Of a stretch of 49,580 nucleotides of DNA, positions 37,144 through 49,580 are shown in pieces. Source of the DNA: Kofleriaceae bacterium (GTDB lineage Bacteria > Myxococcota_A > Polyangia > Haliangiales > Haliangiaceae); contig JBKJLC010000165.1 of assembly GCA_046597055.1 (NCBI GenBank), forward strand, positions 1 to 49,580. The letters are read 5' to 3'. Both the position numbers and the translations under genes were made by a program. Below the pieces are notes generated by a model. It ran no database searches. It was not told the DNA's origin and saw only the letters and a program-made list of their open reading frames with translations. The number at the start of each line of letters is the position of its first letter. The stretch's first letter is position 1.

Positions 37144-37213
37144 GCTCCCGCTCCATACCGATGGGCGACGGTAGCCCCGGGCGCAACGACGTGCAAAGCT
37201 GCCGCCGCGGCCG

Positions 37214-37780
37214 CTACTTGATCATCGGCGACAGCGCCTTGAAGTCGTCGGTGCCGGCCTTGCCGAGGAAGTCGAACACGACCGTCTCGGTGTTGGTGAT
37301 GATCGCGCCGGCGCGCGCGCACAGCTCGAGGCCGTTCTGCCAGTTGTCGCGGCTGCGGCTGGCGACCGCGTCGCCGATCACGTGCACCGTCTGGCCGGCG
37401 GCGCACAGCGCGCGCACGGTCTGGAACACGCAGACGTGGGTCTCCATGCCGGCGACCAGCCACACCGGGCGCGGGGTGTCGCCGATCGCCTCGCGCCAGG
37501 CCGGCGCGGCGGTGGCGGCGAACTCGACCTTCTCGAAGAAGCAGACGCCCTTCACGGTCTCGAACGCGGTCGCGACCGCCGGCGTGGTCCGCCCGAGTCC
37601 CTTCGGGTACTGCTCGGTCACCACCACCGGCAGGCTGAACCGCTCGGCCGCCGCCGCCAGCGTGATGAGGTTGCGCTCGACGCGATCGCGCACGTCGTTC
37701 GCCATCGCCATCGCGAGCCGCTCCTGGACGTCGATGACGAGGAGGGCGCACCGGTCAGGGTGCAGGGCGAGGTCGGTCAT
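37214..37780 (-). CDS. Isochorismatase-family hydrolase
   Basis: LLVIDVQERL, TEQYPKGLG.T, AGMETHVCVFQT, DAVASR. Confidence 0.9.
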   Translation of the reverse strand: MTDLALHPDRCALLVIDVQERLAMAMANDVRDRVERNLITLAAAAERFSLPVVVTEQYPKGLGRTTPAVATAFETVKGVCFFEKVEFAATAAPAWREAIGDTPRPVWLVAGMETHVCVFQTVRALCAAGQTVHVIGDAVASRSRDNWQNGLELCARAGAIITNTETVVFDFLGKAGTDDFKALSPMIK

Positions 37781-37790
37781 TGCGTTCACG

Positions 37791-40586
37791 CTACCCCAGC
37801 TGCGCCAGCGCGTCGACCAGCCGCAGGCGCCGGGTCTGCTCGTCCACCAGGCGGGCCCGCTGCTCGGCCACGACCTCCTCGGGCGCGCGCTCGAGGAACT
37901 GCGGATTGGTCAGCTTGCGCTCGAGCGAGGAGATCTCCTTGTCGACCTTGCCGATGTCCTTGCCGAGCCGGACCTTCTCGGCGCCGATGTCGACCAGGCC
38001 CGCGAGCGGGACCACGATCTCGGCCCACGCGCCGATGACCGCCTTGGCCGACTGCGGCACCGCGTCGCCGCCGGCGGTGAGGCTCATCGTGACCCGCGCC
38101 GCGTTCTCGACCAGCGCGCGGTGGCGGTCGACCAGCCCGCGCTGGACCTCGTCCGGAACCCGGACCTCCACCGGCACGCTCCACGACGGCGGCACGTTGT
38201 AGGTCGAGCGCAGCATGCGGACCCCGACCGCGACCTCCTGGACCAGCGCCATCTCGCGCTCGGCCTCCTCGTCGATCAGGTGGGCGTCGCCGCGCGGGTA
38301 GATCGTCACCATCAGCGACGCCGGCAGGTGGGCCGGCTTGGGCAGCTTCTCCCAGATCTCCTCGGTGACGAACGGCGCGATCGGGTGGAGCAGGCGCAGC
38401 GTCTGCTCGAGCACGGTCGCGAGCGTGCCCTGGACCGCGCGCCGGCGCGGGCTCGGGTCCGAGCCGTCGGTCGGCAGGTACAGGTGGGGCTTGGCCAGCT
38501 CGATGTACCAGTCACACAGCTCGTGCCAGACGAACTGGTAGACCGCGTTGGCGGCGTCGCTGAAGCGGAACGCCTCGAGCGCGGCGTCGACCTCGCCGGC
38601 CACCCGCTGCAGGCGCGACAGGATCCAGCGGTCCCCGAGCGCCAGCTGCAGCTGCCCGGAGGACAGCTGACTCTCGAACGCATCGGGCTCGTGGCCGTCG
38701 AGGTTCATCAGCGCGAACCGCGACGCGTTCCACAGCTTGTTGATGAAGTTGCGGTAGCCCTCGACCCGCTCGACCGACAGCCGGATGCGGCCGCTGGTGT
38801 TGAGCGCGGCCAGCGTGAAGCGCAGCGCGTCGGCGCCCATGCCCGGGATGCCCTTGGGCAGCGCCTTGCGCAGGTTGGCGAGGGCGGCCTCGCGCCACTT
38901 GGGGTCGGCGACCTCGGCCTCGGTGCGCTCGAGCAGCTGGGCCAGCTCGGCGCCGTGGACCACGTCGAGAGGGTCGATGACGTTGCCGAGCGTCTTCGAC
39001 ATCTTCTCGCCGTTCTCGTCGGTGACGATCGCGGTGAGGTACACGGTGCGGAACGGCACCTTCTTCATGAAGTGCAGGCCCATCATCATCATGCGGGCGA
39101 CCCAGAAGAAGATGATGTCGGGCCCGGTGACCAGGACCGCGTTCGGATAGAACGTCTGCAGCGAGCGGGTCTTGTCGGGCCAGCCCAGCGTCGAGAACGG
39201 CCACAGCGCCGACGAGAACCAGGTGTCGAGGATGTCCTCGTCCTGGCGCAGGCTGGTGCCGCCGCAGCCGGTGCACGCGGTCGGATCCTGACGCTCCACC
39301 GTCACGTGGGCGCACGCGTCGCAGTACCAGGCCGGAATCCGGTGACCCCACCAGAGCTGGCGCGAGATGCACCAGTCCTTGATGTTGGTCATCCAGTGCA
39401 TGTAGGTCTTGGTCCACAGCTCGGGGATGAACTTGGTCTTGCCGCTCTCGACCGCGGCGATCGCCGGCTCGGCCAGCGGCTTGGTCTTCACGAACCACTG
39501 CTCCATGAGCATCGGCTCGATCACCGCGCCCGAGCGCTGCGAGCGCGCCCGCGGCACCTTGTGGTCCTTGATCGCGCCGAGCAGGCCGAGCGCGTCGAGG
39601 TCGGCGACGACCGCCTTGCGCGCCTCGGCGACGGTCATGCCCACGTACCTGGCGGGCGCCGGCGCCTGCATGCGCGCCTTGAGGTCGATGACCTGCAGCA
39701 CGGCCAGGCCGGTGCGCTGGCCGGCTTCATGGTCGTTGAAGTCGTGGGCCGGCGTGACCTTGACCGCGCCCGAGCCGAACTCCTTGTCGACGAAGGTGTC
39801 GGCGACGATCGGGATCCGGCGGCCGGTCAGCGGCAGCTCGACCTCCTGGCCGATCAGGTGCCGGTACCGCTCGTCGTCGGGGTGGACCGCGACGCCGGTG
39901 TCGCCGAGCATCGTCTCCGGCCGCGTGGTCGCGACCACGATGTGCTGGTCGGTCCCGACGATCGGGTACCGCAGCTCCCACATGTGGCCGCTCTCCTCGA
40001 CGGTATCGACCTCGAGGTCGCTGACCACGGTCTCGCTGGCCGGGTCCCAGTTGATCATCCGCTTGGCGCGGTAGATCAGCCCCTCCTCATGCAGGCGGAC
40101 GAACGCCTCGCGCACGGCGCGGTTGGACCCGTCGTCCATCGTGAACCGCTCGCGCTCCCAGTCGAGCGAGAAGCCCATCAGCTTCTCCTGCTCGCTGATG
40201 CGCATGCCCGAGCGCTCGCGCCACGTCCACGCCCGCTGCAGGAACGCCTCGCGGCCGAGGTCGAAGCGGGTCTTGCTCTCGCGCCGCTTGAGGTCCTTCT
40301 CGATCAGCACGTGCACGGCGATCGACGCGTGATCGGTGCCGGGCATCCACATCGCGTTGAAGCCCTGCATGCGCCGCCAGCGCACCAGGATGTCCTGCAG
40401 CGTGGAGCCGAGCGCATGGCCCATGTGCAGCGACCCGGTGACGTTGGGCGGCGGCAGCGTCAGCGCGAACGGGACGGTCGGGCTCTGCTCGTCGGCGTGG
40501 TAATAGCCGTGCTCGAGCCACGAGCGGAGCCAGCGGGGCTCCACATCGGACGGATCGTACTGTTTAGACAGGGCGGTCGAGGACAT
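37791..40586 (-). CDS. valS: Valine--tRNA ligase
   Basis: PPPNVTGSLHMGH, ATTRPET, DWCISRQLWWGH, KMSKT, C-terminal coiled-coil arm. Confidence 0.97.
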   Translation of the reverse strand: MSSTALSKQYDPSDVEPRWLRSWLEHGYYHADEQSPTVPFALTLPPPNVTGSLHMGHALGSTLQDILVRWRRMQGFNAMWMPGTDHASIAVHVLIEKDLKRRESKTRFDLGREAFLQRAWTWRERSGMRISEQEKLMGFSLDWERERFTMDDGSNRAVREAFVRLHEEGLIYRAKRMINWDPASETVVSDLEVDTVEESGHMWELRYPIVGTDQHIVVATTRPETMLGDTGVAVHPDDERYRHLIGQEVELPLTGRRIPIVADTFVDKEFGSGAVKVTPAHDFNDHEAGQRTGLAVLQVIDLKARMQAPAPARYVGMTVAEARKAVVADLDALGLLGAIKDHKVPRARSQRSGAVIEPMLMEQWFVKTKPLAEPAIAAVESGKTKFIPELWTKTYMHWMTNIKDWCISRQLWWGHRIPAWYCDACAHVTVERQDPTACTGCGGTSLRQDEDILDTWFSSALWPFSTLGWPDKTRSLQTFYPNAVLVTGPDIIFFWVARMMMMGLHFMKKVPFRTVYLTAIVTDENGEKMSKTLGNVIDPLDVVHGAELAQLLERTEAEVADPKWREAALANLRKALPKGIPGMGADALRFTLAALNTSGRIRLSVERVEGYRNFINKLWNASRFALMNLDGHEPDAFESQLSSGQLQLALGDRWILSRLQRVAGEVDAALEAFRFSDAANAVYQFVWHELCDWYIELAKPHLYLPTDGSDPSPRRRAVQGTLATVLEQTLRLLHPIAPFVTEEIWEKLPKPAHLPASLMVTIYPRGDAHLIDEEAEREMALVQEVAVGVRMLRSTYNVPPSWSVPVEVRVPDEVQRGLVDRHRALVENAARVTMSLTAGGDAVPQSAKAVIGAWAEIVVPLAGLVDIGAEKVRLGKDIGKVDKEISSLERKLTNPQFLERAPEEVVAEQRARLVDEQTRRLRLVDALAQLG

Positions 40587-40650
40587 GACAGGAGCGCACG
40601 CTACCGCGCTACTGCCGTGCCGTCCACGACCCTAGGTCAGCGGTAAACGG

Positions 40651-41697
40651 CTAGTTCGCGGGCCGCTTGGCGGCCAGGTCGTGCAGGTTCTCGCGGATGA
40701 TGTGCTCCGCGAGCTCGGGCACCACTTCCCACACGATCCGCTCGACGACCTCGGTCGACAGCTTGAGCAGCGCGATCAGCTCGGGGCTCCCGGGCTCGAG
40801 GCCCGACAGCTCGGCGAGGCGCTTGCCCATGTTGGCGAGCGTGCGCTCCACCAGCGCCGACCGCTTGGTCGGGATCCCGGCGATCATCGGCGCGCGGCCG
40901 ACCACGGCCGCGCTGGGCGCGGACATCGCAAGCGGCGCTGCCGCGGGCACGCGCGGCGCGGCAGCAACCACAGCCGCGGGCGCCGACGCCATCGGCAGCG
41001 GGGCCGGGCGGGGCGCGGCGACCGGCGGCACCACGACCGGCGCAGGCGTCGGGGCGGCCGCGACCGGCGCGGGGGAGGCGACGGGCGCCGGACCCGCAAG
41101 GGGAGCACCACCCGGGCCAGGCATCTTGATGGTCGGCATGCCCATTATTGTCGCCGAGCGCGGCGGCGCTACCTTGGGGGCAGCGGCGGCCGCGGCGGCT
41201 GCAGCGGCCGGTCCGACCGGGGCCTGGGGCGGCGGCGCGACCGAGCCGAGCGGCTGGGTTCCGAGGACCGGCGGCGGCGCCGAGGGGGCGGCGCTACGGC
41301 CGCCGACCTTGGCCACCCCGCCCTGGGAAACCTTCTCCAGGATCTCGCCGACCTTGTCGAGCATCACCTGGGTGTCCCACGGCTTGGTGAGGCTGCCGTC
41401 GGCGCCGACCTGGCTGCCACGGGCGGGATCGTAGGGGGCGGAGTTGCCGCAGAGGATCACGACCGGTACGTCAGCGGTCGCCGGATCCGACTTCAGCGCC
41501 TGGCACAGATCGTATCCGGTCTTGCCGGGCATCACCGAATCGGCGAGGACGAGCGCCGGCCGCTGGGCGCGCACCTTGTCGAGGGCGTCGTCGACCGACC
41601 GCGCGCCGACGTACTGATAGTCGGTCGCGCGGAAGGTGATCTCCGCCACCGTCTGCATGGTGACGCTGTCGTCGGCGCAGAGAATGACCTTGCTCAT
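40651..41697 (-). CDS. romR: RomR-like polarity response regulator
   Basis: N-terminal receiver, long Pro/Ala linker, C-terminal EVVERIVWEVVPELAE.IIRE typical of RomR-C; lies directly upstream of valS, as I recall for Myxococcus. Confidence 0.8.
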   Translation of the reverse strand: MSKVILCADDSVTMQTVAEITFRATDYQYVGARSVDDALDKVRAQRPALVLADSVMPGKTGYDLCQALKSDPATADVPVVILCGNSAPYDPARGSQVGADGSLTKPWDTQVMLDKVGEILEKVSQGGVAKVGGRSAAPSAPPPVLGTQPLGSVAPPPQAPVGPAAAAAAAAAAPKVAPPRSATIMGMPTIKMPGPGGAPLAGPAPVASPAPVAAAPTPAPVVVPPVAAPRPAPLPMASAPAAVVAAAPRVPAAAPLAMSAPSAAVVGRAPMIAGIPTKRSALVERTLANMGKRLAELSGLEPGSPELIALLKLSTEVVERIVWEVVPELAEHIIRENLHDLAAKRPAN

Positions 41698-41873
41698 CGA
41701 TCGCGTTCCTCCGGACCCGCCGCGGGAACGGCCGGTCTCGCAGCTGATGGGTCTCGTGCCCCCGAGTGCTACTCACGCAGAGTGACACGGGAGGCGCGCC
41801 GGGGTCAATTCGGAGCACCGCGGATCCGTTGCGGTTTTCGCCCCGGGCCGGGCGCTGGTATGGTCCGCGCCCC

Positions 41874-43576
<1,703 letters not shown>

Positions 43577-43595
<19 letters not shown>

Positions 43596-43700
43596 CGACT
43601 CGGCACGAGGCAGACCCCGCACCCGACCGGTGGCCTCGCGCACCCAGCGTCATTGTTGACCGCTCGCTTCGCTCGCTGGGGGCACCCGAGGCGATGTAGC
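43577..43700 (+). repeat. 20-bp direct repeat of the argS 3' end flanking an 84-bp insert
   Basis: GGCACCCGAGGCGATGTAGC at 43577-43596 and 43681-43700. Confidence 0.9.
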
Positions 43701-43717
43701 CGCGCCGGCGCCCGGCG

Positions 43718-44398
43718 CTACTTGCAGCCGGTCGGCTTCACGTGCGTGCGGTACTGGCCCTGCACGTTGCCGGGCGGATCGTAGTTGCAGACGTAGAGGT
43801 CCATGCCCTTGCAGCTCGCGACCCCGCAGCCGAGCCGCTGGGTCGTGGTCCACACGACCTGCGTGAAGTGGCCGGTCGACATCGAGAAGCCGCCGCGCGC
43901 GAAGTCGAAGCTGTCGATCTCGCGGTACCACATGTCGACCACCGAGGCCGGGGACAGCGCCCCGCTGGTGCCGGCGGCGAGGTTCTCGCCGTAGCGCGTG
44001 GTGTTGTGCTCGAACGCGCAGCCGGCGGCGACCAGCTGGTCGGCCCAGCCCTGCGCGACCTTCGCCAGGTCATTCGACCACGCCAGCGGCGCGGCGCAGT
44101 GGGCGGCGCGCACGCGGTTGTGCTCGTCGAGCAGCGCCTGACCGGTCCCGCCGGGCCCGGCCGGGCCGCGCGGTCGCGTCGCCGCCGGCGCGGGCGCGGG
44201 ATCGGGATCGGGATCGGGCCGCACGTCGGGCTCGCCCGCGGGCGCCGCGGCCGGCTCGGGCCACGCGTTGGGATCCGCGCCCGGCCCGGGCTCGGCGACC
44301 GGCGCGCGTCCGGGGGCCGGCACCGCGGGCGGCGCGGCGGGGCCGCAGGCAGTGGAGATCAGCGCGAGCTCGCTCACGACGACGGCCAGGCAGCGCAT
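43718..44398 (-). CDS. CAP/SCP (PR-1-like) domain lipoprotein
   Basis: HNRVRAAH, PLAWS, GENL, WYRE, TGHFTQVVW, VCNYDPPGN; lipobox STAC and Pro-rich linker. Confidence 0.9.
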   Translation of the reverse strand: MRCLAVVVSELALISTACGPAAPPAVPAPGRAPVAEPGPGADPNAWPEPAAAPAGEPDVRPDPDPDPAPAPAATRPRGPAGPGGTGQALLDEHNRVRAAHCAAPLAWSNDLAKVAQGWADQLVAAGCAFEHNTTRYGENLAAGTSGALSPASVVDMWYREIDSFDFARGGFSMSTGHFTQVVWTTTQRLGCGVASCKGMDLYVCNYDPPGNVQGQYRTHVKPTGCK

Positions 44399-44444
44399 CG
44401 CCTGACCATGTCACGCACCGGGTTCACCTGCTAGGTTCCGCGCG

Positions 44445-44840
44445 ATGCGCTTCCTCTCCAAGCTCCAGGAACCGGCCTACACGGCGCTGCGCGTGGTCAG
44501 CGGCTTCCTGTTCTCGTTCCACGGCATGCAGAAGCTGTTCGGCTGGTTCACCGAGCGCGCGACGCCCGCGGTCTTCAGCCAGGCCTGGATCGGTGGCGCG
44601 ATCGAGCTGGTCACCGGCGTGCTGCTGGTGCTCGGGCTTGGCACCCGGCTGGCCGCGTTCATCGCCTCGGGCACGATGGCGGTCGCGTACTTCCAGTTCC
44701 ACTGGAAGGGCAACGTCGAGGACTGGCAGTGGCTGCCGATCGTCAACCGCGGCGAGTTGGCGGTGCTCTACTGCTTCGTCTTCCTGTTCATCGCGACCCG
44801 CGGCCCGGGCCGGTTCGCGCTCGACAACCGCGTCAGGTAG
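44445..44840 (+). CDS. DoxX family membrane protein
   Basis: LRVVSG.LF..HG.QKLFG, GTRLAAFIASG.MAVAYF, NRGELAVLYCF, GPG..ALD. Confidence 0.9.
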   Translation: MRFLSKLQEPAYTALRVVSGFLFSFHGMQKLFGWFTERATPAVFSQAWIGGAIELVTGVLLVLGLGTRLAAFIASGTMAVAYFQFHWKGNVEDWQWLPIVNRGELAVLYCFVFLFIATRGPGRFALDNRVR

Positions 44841-46155
44841 CGGCGGGCTCGGCGTCCTCGCCGGGCGCCACGCAGGCGGCGACCACCAGGTCGCCCGCCA
44901 CGTTGACCGTGGTGCGGCACATGTCGAGGAACCGGTCGACGCCGACGATCAGCGCGAGGCCCTCGGCCGGCACGCCGTACATCGCCATCATCATCGCGAT
45001 CACCGGCAGCGACGCGCCCGGGATGCCAGCGGTGCCGATGCCGCCGAGGATGCAGATCAGCATCACCACCGCGCCCTGGGCCAGCGTCAGCTCGACCCCG
45101 AACACCTGGGCCAGGAACAGCACGGTCACGCCCTCGAACAGCGCGGTGCCGTTCTGGTTCATCGACGCGCCCGCGGTCAGCACGAACCGGCTGACGTGGC
45201 GGGGCAGGCCCAGCTCCTCCTCGGCGACCCGCAGCGTGGTCGGCAGGGTTGCGCTCGACGACGACGTCGCGAACGCGGTCGCCAGCGCCAGCCGGATGTC
45301 GCGGAAGAACCCGAGCGGGCTGCGCCTGGCGACCAGCCGCAGCAGCACGCTGTAGGTGCCGAACAGGTGCAGCGCGAGCGCCAGCACCACCACGCCCACG
45401 TAGGCGGCGATCTTGGCCAGCAGGTCGATGCCGAGCGTGGCAAAGCTGGCGAACAGCAGGCCGGCGACGCCGAGCGGCGCCAGCCGCATCACGGCCGCGA
45501 TCAGCCGCATCGTGACCTCGTTGAGGCCCGCGATCGTCTCGCGCAGGCGGGCGGTGTGGTCGGTCCGCACGATCGCCAGGCCGATGCCGAGCGCGAGCGA
45601 GAAGATGATCAGGCCCAGCATGTCGCCCGACGCGGCGGCCGCGATGGGGTTGGTCGGGATCATCGTGACCACCCCGGTGACGCCGGTGCCCTTGGCCGGC
45701 TCGATCGCCGGGCGATCCTTGGCCAGCTCGGCGGCCAGCGCGATCAGCTCGGTGTTGTCGCCGCGGCCGGGGCCGATCACGGTCACCAGCGCCAGGCCGA
45801 TCACGACCGAGATGGTCGACACCAGCGCGGTGTAGGCCAGCGTCTTGACCCCGAGCCGTCCGAGCGAGTGCGGCTCGAGCTCCGCGATGCCGGTCACCAG
45901 CGCCGAGAAGATCAGCGGCACCGCCAGCATGAACAGCAGGCGCAAGAAGATCTGGCCGAGCGGGAACGCGACGTAGTCGATGATGCCGCCGACCACCGCC
46001 GGATCGATCAGGCCGCGCGCGACCAGCTCGCTCGTGGCCAGACCGGCGATCGCGCCGACCGCGATGCCGATCGCCATCGCGCGGTGGGGCTGGCCGACCC
46101 GACGAGTGGTCGCGGCCGGCCGCGGCGCCGGGGCGAGCGGAGCGTCGTCGGGCAT
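44833..46155 (-). CDS. Dicarboxylate/amino acid:cation symporter (DAACS, GltP-like)
   Basis: GQIFLRLL.M...PLIF, AFATSSSSATLP, GAS.NQNGTALFE, GVDRFLDMCRTTVNV.GD. Confidence 0.93.
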   Translation of the reverse strand: MPDDAPLAPAPRPAATTRRVGQPHRAMAIGIAVGAIAGLATSELVARGLIDPAVVGGIIDYVAFPLGQIFLRLLFMLAVPLIFSALVTGIAELEPHSLGRLGVKTLAYTALVSTISVVIGLALVTVIGPGRGDNTELIALAAELAKDRPAIEPAKGTGVTGVVTMIPTNPIAAAASGDMLGLIIFSLALGIGLAIVRTDHTARLRETIAGLNEVTMRLIAAVMRLAPLGVAGLLFASFATLGIDLLAKIAAYVGVVVLALALHLFGTYSVLLRLVARRSPLGFFRDIRLALATAFATSSSSATLPTTLRVAEEELGLPRHVSRFVLTAGASMNQNGTALFEGVTVLFLAQVFGVELTLAQGAVVMLICILGGIGTAGIPGASLPVIAMMMAMYGVPAEGLALIVGVDRFLDMCRTTVNVAGDLVVAACVAPGEDAEPAAT

Positions 46156-46157
46156 GC

Positions 46158-47459
<1,302 letters not shown>

Positions 47460-47544
47460 CGTGTGATCGGGGTAACACGCCGTACCGAGTTGGGTCAAAC
47501 CTGCCGGGACCCTGGTGGCAGGCCTGCGAGCTGCGCCGGCTCGC

Positions 47545-49083
47545 TCAGTACGCCGGGACCAGGGCCTCGAGCAGCCCGGGGGCCAGCTCGGCCTCGATGA
47601 CGGCGGCGGCCGGCCGGTCGTCGCTGAAGCCGCCCAGGTAGGCGCGGCCGCCGATCACGACGGTCGGGCCCCAGCCGATCCCGGCAGCGCGCGCGGCGGC
47701 GATGGTGGCGCGGGTCCGCGGGGCATCGCCGCGGGCGCAGTCGACCACCGCGTCGGCGTCGAGCCCGGCCGCCTGGGCCAGCGCGGGCAGGTCGGGCGGC
47801 TTGTTGAGCGGGACCCCACCGCCGGTCGCGGCGCGCACGAAGGCCCAGCCGTCGCCGGCGCCGGCCGCACACAGCGCGGCCTCGGCCAGGCCGAGATCGC
47901 GCGCGGTGTCGTCGAGGGCAAGGTCGATCCAGGGGAGGTAGACCACCCGGACCACGCCGCCGAAATGGTCGGCAACCCGCCGGGCCCGCTCGAGCTGCTC
48001 GGCGCACGCCGAGCCGCGCAGGTTGCACACGACCTGAATGGAGACCGGCGCGTCGGGCGGCCCCAGGGCCGGCATGCCCGCGATCGGCAGCGGCGCGGTC
48101 AGCAGGTACGCGCTGTCGAGGTCCGGGGGCGCGGCCGGGTCGTGGTCGTCGAGGCGGCCGCCGACGTGGGGCGTGGGCGGACAGCCGGTGCCCCGGCTGG
48201 TGAGCGCGCCGAGGTGCCAGTTGAACGCCGGGGCCTCGACGATCGGCGCGGCCTCGGCCACCCCGCCGGTGGCCGGCGGGGCCGCGACGAGCTCGTCGGT
48301 CTCCAGCTCGCCGCACGCACCCTGGCGGGCGCCGGCCACCGCCAGCGCGCGCCGGTGCACGCCCTGGCCGATCGCCAGCCGGGCGGCGTCGAGCGCGGCG
48401 CGGTACTCGCCCTCGAGCTCGGCCAGCGTGACCGTGCGGTCATACAGGATCGTCGTCAGGCGGCCGTTCAGCACCATCGCCGGGATCGAGGTCGCCTCGA
48501 GCCGGAAGTAGCGATGACGGTTGGCGTGCAGCGCGCCGGTGATCGCCTCGTCGACGTGGGCCCGGCTCACCAGCGCGCGGTCGATCCCGAGCCGGACCGC
48601 GATCTCCAGGGTCGACTGCGCGCTGGGCGCGCTGTCGCCCCGAGTCAGCTCGGCCATGAGCGCGAAGAACCTGCCGCGGGCATGGGCGGTCAGGGTGATC
48701 GCCGGGACCACCAGCTGCGCGCTGCGCTCCATCGGGCGGAACACGGCGCGGACCCGGGTCGGATGCAGGCGCTGCAGCTCGACCAGGACCCGGTAGGCGT
48801 TGTGGCTGTCAGGCGATCCCGGGATGAAGTAGAGCTCGATCGTCACCATCGCGTCGGGGCGGCCCAGGGCAGGGGCGTCCTCGAAGGGATGATGCTCGAC
48901 CCGCACCACCGCGCCGGGTGGGCGCGCTCGGGGCGGGGCGACCGGGCCCCGCCTGTCGACCGGCGCGGCCTGCGCGGCTCGACCGCGCCGGTCGGCGTGG
49001 CCAGGCCGGTCGGCGTGGACCGGTGCCCCGACGAGCGGCAGCGCGGCGAGCACTCCGCAGGCGACCCGCGCCGCGCGCTTCAT
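47545..49083 (-). CDS. Exported protein with two DsbA/thioredoxin-like domains, degenerate active sites
   Basis: Signal peptide; PALGRPDAMVTI and PALGPPDAPVSI domain starts; IP...LNGR and GP..VIGGR cis-Pro loops; no CxxC. Confidence 0.65.
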   Translation of the reverse strand: MKRAARVACGVLAALPLVGAPVHADRPGHADRRGRAAQAAPVDRRGPVAPPRARPPGAVVRVEHHPFEDAPALGRPDAMVTIELYFIPGSPDSHNAYRVLVELQRLHPTRVRAVFRPMERSAQLVVPAITLTAHARGRFFALMAELTRGDSAPSAQSTLEIAVRLGIDRALVSRAHVDEAITGALHANRHRYFRLEATSIPAMVLNGRLTTILYDRTVTLAELEGEYRAALDAARLAIGQGVHRRALAVAGARQGACGELETDELVAAPPATGGVAEAAPIVEAPAFNWHLGALTSRGTGCPPTPHVGGRLDDHDPAAPPDLDSAYLLTAPLPIAGMPALGPPDAPVSIQVVCNLRGSACAEQLERARRVADHFGGVVRVVYLPWIDLALDDTARDLGLAEAALCAAGAGDGWAFVRAATGGGVPLNKPPDLPALAQAAGLDADAVVDCARGDAPRTRATIAAARAAGIGWGPTVVIGGRAYLGGFSDDRPAAAVIEAELAPGLLEALVPAY

Positions 49084-49337
49084 GGGTTCGAAGATAGCGC
49101 GTCGTCGCCGCGGTCGCCCGCCGGCGGATCGATCGGGGCGCCGGGCTCGTGCCGCGCCGGGTCGAGCCCGGCCAGGGCGGGCTCGACCCGGACGTCGTCG
49201 ACCGGCTCGACCTGCGGCCACATGACCACGAAGTAGATCGCCGCCGAGACCAGGAGGCCCATGACGATTGCGAGCGCGAACGGTTCCCAGACCACGAGGC
49301 CGCGGACGGTAGCACGGCGGGCGAGGTGAGGGCGCAT
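49080..49337 (-). CDS. Small single-TM hypothetical protein
   Basis: One hydrophobic helix (FALAIVMGLLVSAAIYFVVMW); ATGA overlap with the next gene. Confidence 0.45.
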   Translation of the reverse strand: MRPHLARRATVRGLVVWEPFALAIVMGLLVSAAIYFVVMWPQVEPVDDVRVEPALAGLDPARHEPGAPIDPPAGDRGDDALSSNP

Positions 49338-49353
49338 GGTGTAGGCTCCGCCC

Positions 49354-49580
49354 GTGTTTGCTCCCCTGCTGGCTTCGATGAGCGTCGCGATCGCGGTCGG
49401 TGCGATCGCGTCCGGTGGCCTCCCGTTCGTGACGGTGCCCCAGCTCGACATCGGCATCCCGATCCAGCCGTTCGGGGTGATCGTCGCGGCCGGCGTGCTG
49501 ATCGGCGCCGAGGTCATGCGGCGCTACTCGCTGCGCTACGGCATGGACGACGACGACCTGCGCGGCCTGACCATGTGGGT
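49354..49580 (+). CDS. lgt: Prolipoprotein diacylglyceryl transferase family protein, 5' part
   Basis: Manual translation gives ...GLPFVTVPQLDIGIPIQPFGVIVAAGVLIGAEVMRRY..., which resembles the Lgt N-terminus; runs off the window. Confidence 0.6.
   Translation, partial: MFAPLLASMSVAIAVGAIASGGLPFVTVPQLDIGIPIQPFGVIVAAGVLIGAEVMRRYSLRYGMDDDDLRGLTMW

Noticed and set aside
40880..41300. Pro/Ala low-complexity repeats (also GGGATC repeats near 44195-44220)
   Set aside because: They encode the ordinary RomR linker and the CAP protein Pro-Asp linker.

Overview
Very GC-rich, gene-dense chromosomal window, most likely from a Myxococcota genome. Evidence: romR next to valS, an orphan MglA-family GTPase, Ser/Thr kinase-HDOD and PP2C-cNMP fusions, a Cys-rich lipoprotein and many kinases. 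Left to right it holds: dnaK-dnaJ, an LppC-like lipoprotein, a site-2 protease, and a long co-oriented cluster (MglA-like GTPase, histidine kinase, two CNNM/CBS proteins, larB, His-rich larC, two PAS kinases, four-helix-bundle gene). Then come an SPFH protein, a BMP nucleoside ABC transporter, STK-HDOD, a truncated macrodomain, ScfR-ccr-epimerase, and a sigma54 two-component system split by a cereblon gene. The right end has valS-romR, argS, CAP, DoxX, a DAACS symporter, PP2C-cNMP, a DsbA-like protein and the start of lgt. I saw no rRNA, tRNA, CRISPR array or transposase. Most notable: (1) the first ~830 bp look actinobacterial (HAIR-like operator, monoderm-type DnaK N-terminus) and are fused in frame to a myxobacterial-type DnaK, so this is either a chimeric assembly or a real mosaic gene; (2) two insertions are bounded by duplicated 3' ends of protein-coding genes (cereblon insertion; argS); (3) TANNNT boxes sit 6-9 nt before many start codons, suggesting leaderless mRNAs; (4) hexamer tracts with local G/C strand skew occur, including around a four-helix-bundle gene with no good start codon. 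All family calls come from motif recognition by eye, not database searches.
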